In this document: positions 57,081 through 64,000 of the stretch, piece by piece | Position numbering within the stretch: the stretch's first letter is position 1 | Layout of the letters: the number at the start of each line of letters is the position of its first letter | Assembly: GCA_039630575.1 (NCBI GenBank) | Contig: JBCNUW010000003.1 | Span: 1 to 64,000 of the forward strand | Reading direction: 5' to 3' | Length of the DNA: 64,000 nucleotides | Origin: Candidatus Hydrothermales bacterium | GTDB taxonomy: Bacteria > Hydrothermota > Hydrothermia > Hydrothermales > JAJRUZ01 | Program-made: the position numbers and the translations under genes | Notes under the pieces: model-generated | Told to the model about the DNA's origin: nothing | The model's database searches: none | What the model saw: only the letters and a program-made list of their open reading frames with translations

Positions 57081-59864
57081 TTACTTAATTTTTATGAATT
57101 TTATCTTTTTTGTTTTATTTTCACTATCTTCTATAATTAAAAAGTAAACTCCTTTTTTTTCTATATTTACAATTACTCTGTCATTTTTTCTTAGATGTGA
57201 AAAATTAATTTTTCTTCCTGTATTATCATAAATTTCTAAATTTTTAATTTTATTAGAAGGAAACAAAACAATTTTGTTGTTATTAATTAAAGCCTTTATA
57301 TCCTTGTATTCTTTAAAAATTCTTTCATGTGATTTAGTAAAAGAGCCACTGATTACCTCGTACCCTGATAGAGCATTATTATAGTAATCAAAAATAAAAT
57401 TATTTAAAAATTTAACAGTATCTCCGGGTCTTACAGTTGGTTTTCCACCTTCAGTTGAAAGGAAAACAAAGATATAACTTTCATAGATAAGAATATTTCC
57501 AATCTCCCCGCTTCCTGAAAGCCAGCTGTGATTATTTGATAGTTTAAAAACGTTGTTTATATTTATTTTATTAATTTCATTTTTTGTAAAAATATTCTCT
57601 GAAAAATAAAATGCTATGAAGTCATCAGTATCAATAGAAGTATCTGGATAAGTGTTATCAAAGGCTAAAATACTATCACATCTAGGAGATTCCAAATCAA
57701 AACTTCCTTCAATGGGTGAAAAGCCAAAACAAGGATTACCCTTTATATCATAAATCCTATAACCTTTAACCTGTATAGTATCAAAGCTATAAATTTTAGA
57801 GTCTGATCCTGTGAAAATAAAGATAAGTGTTTCTGGGGTAACCCAAATAGTATAAAAGTTTTCTCCGAAATATCCACCCCTTTTAAAGTAGAAAAAAGAA
57901 TCTACATTTGAGGGATGAATATAGGGTTTATTTGTGTGTTCATTAAATATAAGGAAAAGTGAGTCTCCATTACTTATGCCATTATCAAAGAAGTTTCCAT
58001 CCTTAGCTATAGCCTTTATTAATTTTGGACCAAGAATATCATCAAAACTTCCTGTTATGATTACCTGTGATATTCTCCAGAAACCAAAGGGATCGTTCAT
58101 CTTTACATTAACAGTATCACCTGGTTCTACTGAGGGATAATTATTTCCAGAGAATGCAAGGAATACTCTGAGAGTTTCACCGTTTGTTGACCATTGAGAT
58201 CCTCCAAAATCACCGAAAATATTAAGCCATGAATGGTTATTTGATAATTTTAGTAAGCTATCCACATTATTTTTATTGATAAATAGTTTTGATGTTGGTT
58301 CATTAAATATAAAAATTACATGATCGTCAGGATCCTTTCCATCCTGTTGAAATAAACCATCTTTAGCTTCTGCTAATCTTGCTACGGGGCCAGTTGTATC
58401 TTCTTCATAATAAATTTTAATATAGTCAATAAACGGTGAAAATTCAGGATTTGATGTAAAAAGTTCTAATTTATACTGAAACAGTGTATCTAAAACTTTT
58501 ATAAAACTGTAGTTTTCAAGAGATGATGAGTCAGATGTTAAAGGAGGGATGTGAGTAAAAGGAATTGTATCATTTATGTTATTGAAACTTCTCAGTTTTA
58601 ATCTAAAATTGCCAAGAGGAGCACCTTTAATCTTATAAGCTTTAATTTTAATTGGTCCTCTTTGTCCCTTCAGTTTAATATAATTTGAAATCACATAACC
58701 ATAGCCTTGGAATTTTGACTTAAATAGTCTCGGTTTATACGATGTTCCAATCAGTATTTCATTTTTTTTATAACCTATACCTTTTGAGGGTATTAGAGTA
58801 CCAAGGTTTGAGTATCTATCGAGTGATTCAATTAGGTTCCACTCAATTCCATCAAGTGAAGAGTAAATTCTTCTTTTGGGATGCACATTTTCACTATAGG
58901 CAAGTAAATATAAAATTCCATTGTTTGATTTAAAAATATCAAAAATTTCAAACTCAGAACTTTGAAATGTTACATAGGAATTGTTGTTTTTAATCAAATA
59001 ACATGCTGTTGGTAAGTTTCCTGCTACTATAAGATTTTTGTCAGGGTGTGACAAAACTCCACCCACTATATGTTTTGAAGGTAAAAGAGGAGATATTTGA
59101 TAAAAGTTTACATCATCTAAAGTTTCATAGATTTTTGTCCCACTGCCATCTGCTAAGGCGACTGCTATACCTAAACCGTTATCAGTTTTAAAAAGGCATT
59201 GAGCATCAGGCTCAGATCCAGGAGGTGAAGGGAACTGGTATATACTTTGCCATATATTTTGTGATTTTAAATATCTAAAAATTCTTCCCCTGTTTGTTGA
59301 ACAGTACATCTTAAGAGGTGAAAATATTAAAAAATCAGAGAAATTATGTCCTGAAGCATAAGGTGAATTGGGAACCCATCGGAAATTTTGCGGTGGAAGA
59401 TATTCCAATTCGTTAGAATAAAATATCCAACCCAATCCGGAGATAGAACCAATCCATAGATTGTTTCCGTAATCGTGGGTAAAATAAATTCTCTTTACAA
59501 TATTAAAGGATTTATCATCGTAAAGTACTCTACCAGAAGTGAAACTTAAAGAGTCAAGAGTATAAAAGACTTTAAAATTTTGAACAGTTATGTTCGGATG
59601 GAAAACACCCACAAATAAAGTATCAGGAGATTTTGTTGTTATGCCTTTTACTTCATATCCAGCAATATCGAACACTTGTGAACTTGGGATTAAAAAAAGT
59701 GAATCTCTTGAAATTAGTAATGAGTCAGCTTTTAAAAAGGGATCAACTTGAAAAGCTTTTAGAAAGGTTTTTAAAGTATCTTTTTTTACTATTATTGTGT
59801 CTCTACCTTCTGCCCATGTATCTTGGATAATAAAAGTAAAAGAAAAAATTAATTTAACAATCAC
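57081..59864 (-). CDS. Large secreted protein with internal repeats and a T9SS-type C-terminal sorting domain
   Basis: Beta-rich N-half with S.DG..W (BNR-like) motif, three repeats of about 120 aa, C-terminal IYDNTGRKI...KGVYFL.I......KFIK. Confidence 0.7.
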   Translation of the reverse strand: MIVKLIFSFTFIIQDTWAEGRDTIIVKKDTLKTFLKAFQVDPFLKADSLLISRDSLFLIPSSQVFDIAGYEVKGITTKSPDTLFVGVFHPNITVQNFKVFYTLDSLSFTSGRVLYDDKSFNIVKRIYFTHDYGNNLWIGSISGLGWIFYSNELEYLPPQNFRWVPNSPYASGHNFSDFLIFSPLKMYCSTNRGRIFRYLKSQNIWQSIYQFPSPPGSEPDAQCLFKTDNGLGIAVALADGSGTKIYETLDDVNFYQISPLLPSKHIVGGVLSHPDKNLIVAGNLPTACYLIKNNNSYVTFQSSEFEIFDIFKSNNGILYLLAYSENVHPKRRIYSSLDGIEWNLIESLDRYSNLGTLIPSKGIGYKKNEILIGTSYKPRLFKSKFQGYGYVISNYIKLKGQRGPIKIKAYKIKGAPLGNFRLKLRSFNNINDTIPFTHIPPLTSDSSSLENYSFIKVLDTLFQYKLELFTSNPEFSPFIDYIKIYYEEDTTGPVARLAEAKDGLFQQDGKDPDDHVIFIFNEPTSKLFINKNNVDSLLKLSNNHSWLNIFGDFGGSQWSTNGETLRVFLAFSGNNYPSVEPGDTVNVKMNDPFGFWRISQVIITGSFDDILGPKLIKAIAKDGNFFDNGISNGDSLFLIFNEHTNKPYIHPSNVDSFFYFKRGGYFGENFYTIWVTPETLIFIFTGSDSKIYSFDTIQVKGYRIYDIKGNPCFGFSPIEGSFDLESPRCDSILAFDNTYPDTSIDTDDFIAFYFSENIFTKNEINKININNVFKLSNNHSWLSGSGEIGNILIYESYIFVFLSTEGGKPTVRPGDTVKFLNNFIFDYYNNALSGYEVISGSFTKSHERIFKEYKDIKALINNNKIVLFPSNKIKNLEIYDNTGRKINFSHLRKNDRVIVNIEKKGVYFLIIEDSENKTKKIKFIKIK

Positions 59865-60802
59865 GTTCTTAGTTTTTTAATTTCTTCTGTTAATGCAGGA
59901 ACAATTTGAAATAGATCTCCTACAATTCCATAGTCCGCTATTTGAAAAATTGGAGCGTTTGGATCTTTATTAATTGCAACAATAACTTTGCTAGTCCTCA
60001 TCCCGGCAAGATGCTGTAAAGCCCCTGAAATCCCGCAGGCAATATATAAATTCGGTGAAACAGTTTTACCAGTCTGACCTACCTGATGGGAATGATCTAT
60101 CCAACCTGCATCAACTGCAGCTCTTGATGCTCCAACCGCAGCTTTAATAAGCTTTGCAAGTTCTCTTAGTGGCTCAAAACCCTCAGGTCCGCCAACTCCT
60201 CTCCCTCCTGATACAATTATTTCTGCTTCTGAAACATCTATTTCTTCTTCCTCCTTCTCTTTTATTTCCAATACTTTTAAACTATCCTTTCCCTTTACAA
60301 CTATTTTTTCAAATTTTCCATTTTTGGGATTTTCTACAGGATTTACTATGTTTGATCTTAAGGAAATTGAGTATTTTTCTGAGTTAATTTTTTCCCAAAC
60401 ATAGGCTTTCCCAGCAAGAATTGGTCTTTTGAAAATTTTTTCACCATTTTCTTCTTTTACTTCTATGATATCTTGAATTAAGGGTAAGTTTAGTAATGCT
60501 GAAACTCCAGCTGCAATTATTCTACCTGTGTTTGAAGCTGGAAAAATTAAAACTTTTAAATCTTTTTCTTTTAAAAATTCAAAAAGAGAATTTATTATTC
60601 CCTCTTCTGATTCAACTTTTTCTGTAGGCGAAACAAGATAAAAATAATCAGCACCGTGTTTGAAAACTTCTTCTTTTTCTACATCCTCTCCTAAGGCAAA
60701 AGTAAATATTTCTGAATTATAATTTTTTAAAGCGAAGGTAATCAGTTCTAATGAATGTTTTTTAACTTTACCATCTTTTATTTCAAGAAAGATTCCTATC
60801 AT
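59861..60802 (-). CDS. etfA: Electron transfer flavoprotein alpha subunit
   Basis: IVSGGRG, VGASRAAVDAGW, QVGQTGKTV.P.LYIACGISGA.QH.AGM. Confidence 0.97.
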   Translation of the reverse strand: MIGIFLEIKDGKVKKHSLELITFALKNYNSEIFTFALGEDVEKEEVFKHGADYFYLVSPTEKVESEEGIINSLFEFLKEKDLKVLIFPASNTGRIIAAGVSALLNLPLIQDIIEVKEENGEKIFKRPILAGKAYVWEKINSEKYSISLRSNIVNPVENPKNGKFEKIVVKGKDSLKVLEIKEKEEEEIDVSEAEIIVSGGRGVGGPEGFEPLRELAKLIKAAVGASRAAVDAGWIDHSHQVGQTGKTVSPNLYIACGISGALQHLAGMRTSKVIVAINKDPNAPIFQIADYGIVGDLFQIVPALTEEIKKLRT

Positions 60803-60815
60803 TTTTATCCTCCTT

Positions 60816-61577
60816 TTATAAGACTTTTGATTCCTCTTTTAATAATCTTATAAGTTCTTTTACGTTATCAGGAAAGGGTAAATTTATAATTTTTCCTGTT
60901 TTTCTAGGTGGGGGGGACTCAAATCTTAGTGTTTCAATTTTTTTATCTGTTAAGTTTGATACTATTATTTCATCTATTTTTTTAGATTTTGCCATCATTA
61001 TTCCTCTTAAGGATGGATATCGCGGTTCAAATTGACACTTATCAAATATAATAAAAGAATTAAATGGAACCTCAAATATAAAAAGACCTTTTTCGGTTTC
61101 TTTTGTTACTTTAAAACTTGAATTATTCACTTCAAAATTCACTGCACCGTAAATAAAAGGTTTTTGGATTTTTGTGGCTATATATATATGGAGATAATTT
61201 CTTTCATCATCAACAGCCTTCTTACCACAAAATATGGCATCTGGATTTTCCTTTTTTATTTCCTCAATTATAAGGTTTGAAATTTGAAAGATATCAAGCT
61301 CATTTGGTTTTTCATATTTAATAAGTTTCGCCCTATCAGCTCCCATAGCAAGTCCATGTCTTAATGTTTCTTTATACTCCTCGTTTCCAAGGGAAAGTAA
61401 AATGACCTCTACATTTTCTTTTTTTTCTTTCACTCTCAAAGCGGCTTCAAGAGCGTATTCGTCATAAGGATTCATAACAAATGGGATTGAGGAAAGATCT
61501 ACACCGCTACCGTCTGGTTTAATTTTTATAGGTACACCAGTATCTGGAACTCTCTTAGCTAAAACCAAAATTTTCAT
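60816..61577 (-). CDS. etfB: Electron transfer flavoprotein beta subunit
   Basis: K.VPD, MNPYDEYALE.AL, LAMGAD, PRYPSLRGIMMAK; start 61577 has GGAGGA upstream. Confidence 0.95.
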   Translation of the reverse strand: MKILVLAKRVPDTGVPIKIKPDGSGVDLSSIPFVMNPYDEYALEAALRVKEKKENVEVILLSLGNEEYKETLRHGLAMGADRAKLIKYEKPNELDIFQISNLIIEEIKKENPDAIFCGKKAVDDERNYLHIYIATKIQKPFIYGAVNFEVNNSSFKVTKETEKGLFIFEVPFNSFIIFDKCQFEPRYPSLRGIMMAKSKKIDEIIVSNLTDKKIETLRFESPPPRKTGKIINLPFPDNVKELIRLLKEESKVL

Positions 61578-61597
61578 AGATCCTCCTAAAAATTTAT

Positions 61598-61612
61598 GGG
61601 GATTCAAACCCC
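61598..61612 (-). other. Hairpin with T-loop-like sequence between glyS and etfB
   Basis: GGGG-TTTGAAT-CCCC immediately after the glyS stop. Confidence 0.5.
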
Positions 61613-63700
61613 TTAAACCACAATTTTAGATAGGTCTCCATATTTTCTAAACAATTCCCAAACTCTTTTAAGTAAATTTAACCTATTTTCTCTTAATTCT
61701 GTGTTTTCTGTCATCACAAACACATTATCAAAAAATCTATCTATAGGTTCCCTTAGTTTTAAAAGTTCTTTTAAAGCTTCCTCAAAGTTTTCCTTTTCTA
61801 TGTTGGATAAAAAATTAGGTTCGATTTCTCTTACCTTGTTAAAAAGTATTCTTTCTTCAATTTTCTCAAAGAGATTTTCTTTAACTTCACCTTTGAGTTT
61901 CTGACCTTTTATTATGTTATATGTTCTTTTTTGTCCAATTATTATTTTTTCAAACATTTCTCTTTCTCTTTTGAAGTAATTTTGTAATACTAAAGCCTTT
62001 TTATATATCAAATACAAGTTTTTAACTTCACTTTCAATAGCAGCGTCTACGATGTCATATCTTATACCTTTCAGTTCTTCAAGATAATTTTCAAATCTTT
62101 TTAAAATTTCTTCCTCTATTTCTTTAGCCCTTTTGTTAATTTTAATATTCTGTTTTTTTAGAAGGTTTATTACAAATTCAGTTAATTCTTCAAGATTGAA
62201 TTTTATTTCTTTTTCTATTATTAGATAAAATGTTGAATAGAGTGTTCTTTTTAGTCCAAGAGGATCTTTAGATCCTTTTATTTTATAACCGGTTGCTAAA
62301 AGAGAAATAGTTGTATCAATCTTATCAGAAATTGAAATTACTGTTCCCTCTTGTGTCTCTGGTAATTCATCATTTTGAGTTTTAGGTAGTCTATATTCTC
62401 TTAAAATCTTAACTATCCTTTCATCTTTTTTTTGTATTTTGGCGTATTCTGATGATATGATACCTTCAAGTTCTGTGAATTCTTTTCCGTCTCTTACCAT
62501 TTCAGTTGTAAGGTCAGTTCTTATTAGGTCAATAATTTTATTAATAAATTCTTTTTCTTGAGATAATTTAAAGTTTGAATTTTCGATTAAAAATTCTGTG
62601 ATTTCTTTTACTCTTTGATTTTTTTCATATATATTTCCAAGATCTTTTATCCAAACAATTCCTTTTAAGTAATTAATCCTTTCCTCAAGTGTAATTTCAT
62701 TATCCTTTTTTATATAAAAGATTGCATCTTCAAGTCTTGCTATAAGTACATCAATGAGTCCTCTTTTTATCTTGTCAGCTTTTTCTTCTTTATTATTTAT
62801 GACGGCAACGAAATAAGGTAAAACCTCTTTGTTTTTTGAGACAAGTGGTATATATCTTTGGTGAGATTTCATGGCAGTAAATATTATCTCTTTTGGTATC
62901 TCAAGGAATTTAGATGGAAACTCACATAATATAACACCTGGGTACTCAACAAGACCTGTAAGTTCTTCAATATGCTCATCGCTTAGTATAGGCTCAGCTT
63001 CCAGTTCGTTGGCAATTTTATAAATTTTTTCTTTTATTATTTTTTTTCTTTCTTCAAAATCTGGTATAACTCCGTTACTTTTTAATACTTTTACATAATC
63101 ATCTATAGATTTAATTTCAATTTCTTTATTATTAAAAAGCCTATTTGTTTTTGTTTTATTTGAGACAAAAATAGGCAATGGAAGTTCGAGAATTTCATCA
63201 TTCCAAATAGAGAGGATCCATCTGATGGGTCTTGCAAATGTAAGATTTTCTATTCCCCATCTCATCTTTTTAGGAAATGGTATTTTTTTTAAAATATCAA
63301 AGATATTTTCTTTTATTATCTCTTTTGTGCTTTTCCCGCCTTTTTTTATTTTTAAAAAAATATATTTTTTCCCCTGTTCTTCTTTTACATAAAAAGAGTC
63401 AGGTAAAGCTTTTGAACTTTCTAAAAATTTTTCTAAAATTTCTGTTTTTTCTCCTTCTTTAGTAAAAGAAATATGGTATGGTGGACCTTTAATTTCCTCT
63501 TCATATTCTTTTTGCCTTTCATCAAGATTTTCTATCAGTAAAGTAAGTCTTCTTGGTGTAGCAAAAGTATTTATTTTTTCATAACCGATTTTATTTTCAC
63601 TCAATAACTTTTCAAATTCTTCTTTAAGTTTTAAAATCGCAGATTTTACCTCAAAAGGTGGAAGTTCCTCTGTTCCAATTTCAAGTAAATAATTAGCCAT
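61613..63700 (-). CDS. glyS: Glycine--tRNA ligase beta subunit
   Basis: LLEIGTEELP, ATPRRL, MRWG..FARPIRW, HQRY, ARLEDA, SKDP.GL.R, FFDNV.VM. Confidence 0.97.
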   Translation of the reverse strand: MANYLLEIGTEELPPFEVKSAILKLKEEFEKLLSENKIGYEKINTFATPRRLTLLIENLDERQKEYEEEIKGPPYHISFTKEGEKTEILEKFLESSKALPDSFYVKEEQGKKYIFLKIKKGGKSTKEIIKENIFDILKKIPFPKKMRWGIENLTFARPIRWILSIWNDEILELPLPIFVSNKTKTNRLFNNKEIEIKSIDDYVKVLKSNGVIPDFEERKKIIKEKIYKIANELEAEPILSDEHIEELTGLVEYPGVILCEFPSKFLEIPKEIIFTAMKSHQRYIPLVSKNKEVLPYFVAVINNKEEKADKIKRGLIDVLIARLEDAIFYIKKDNEITLEERINYLKGIVWIKDLGNIYEKNQRVKEITEFLIENSNFKLSQEKEFINKIIDLIRTDLTTEMVRDGKEFTELEGIISSEYAKIQKKDERIVKILREYRLPKTQNDELPETQEGTVISISDKIDTTISLLATGYKIKGSKDPLGLKRTLYSTFYLIIEKEIKFNLEELTEFVINLLKKQNIKINKRAKEIEEEILKRFENYLEELKGIRYDIVDAAIESEVKNLYLIYKKALVLQNYFKREREMFEKIIIGQKRTYNIIKGQKLKGEVKENLFEKIEERILFNKVREIEPNFLSNIEKENFEEALKELLKLREPIDRFFDNVFVMTENTELRENRLNLLKRVWELFRKYGDLSKIVV

Positions 63701-64000
63701 AAACTTCTATATACTTTTTTGCCACGAGATGACTTAATCTTCTTATTCTTTGTATCATAACTTGTCTCTCGGCAGGAGATATTACCCCTCTTGCGTCTAG
63801 AATGTTAAAAGCATGGGATATTTTGATCACACAATCATAGGCAGGAAAAATAAGTTCTTTTTCAATCAATTTCTCTGTTTCTTTATACATTTCCTCAAAA
63901 AAATTTCTCCATAATGTAGGATTTGCAATGTGGTAGTAGTATTCAGAAAACTCTCTTTCATTATTTTTATAGATATCTCCCCATTTGTAATTTTCATTCC
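63693..64000 (-). CDS. glyQ: Glycine--tRNA ligase alpha subunit, 3' part (truncated by window edge)
   Basis: Frame is open to the window end: GDIY..NE.EFS.Y, PAYD..IK.SHAFNILDARG.IS..ER...I.R.R. Confidence 0.95.
   Translation of the reverse strand, partial: NENYKWGDIYKNNEREFSEYYYHIANPTLWRNFFEEMYKETEKLIEKELIFPAYDCVIKISHAFNILDARGVISPAERQVMIQRIRRLSHLVAKKYIEVYG

Noticed and set aside
16..63462. Many 60-120 aa ORFs antisense to or nested in long genes (for example 2142-2501, 4501-4797, 39588-39920, 50632-50964)
   Set aside because: They are shadow frames of well-supported genes, with no motifs or translation signals.

Overview
Very AT-rich, densely coding bacterial chromosome segment. It probably comes from a diderm, FCB-related lineage (inferred from a T9SS-type C-terminal domain, PorV-like barrels and a TonB-type receptor; the taxon cannot be fixed from this window). 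Contents in order: a type III restriction-modification pair (mod truncated by the window edge); a streamlined dcw cluster (mraZ to ftsZ, no ddl) with a consensus promoter, MraZ boxes and DnaA-box-like repeats; outer-membrane genes, a tRNA nucleotidyltransferase, a crotonase and a transglutaminase/ABC pair; a metal-uptake region; sugar-nucleotide genes; redox genes; a heterodimeric ABC exporter; and housekeeping genes (tsaB, rimI, slt, hprK, hpf, mlaEF, dnaB, etfBA, glyQS). No rRNA, tRNA, CRISPR array or transposase was seen. The best signal is an unannotated upstream ORF with HxH, CxxC and a C-terminal RGPP motif, whose last codons can pair with the Shine-Dalgarno of a porin/SBP/permease metal-uptake operon (candidate metal-sensing arrest peptide). 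Other highlights: a small lipoprotein gene enclosed by a perfect 19-bp inverted repeat, recurring tRNA T-arm-like hairpins after stop codons, probable leaderless and bidirectional promoters, very short signal peptides, a divisome with missing domains, and a probable CC-only adding enzyme.
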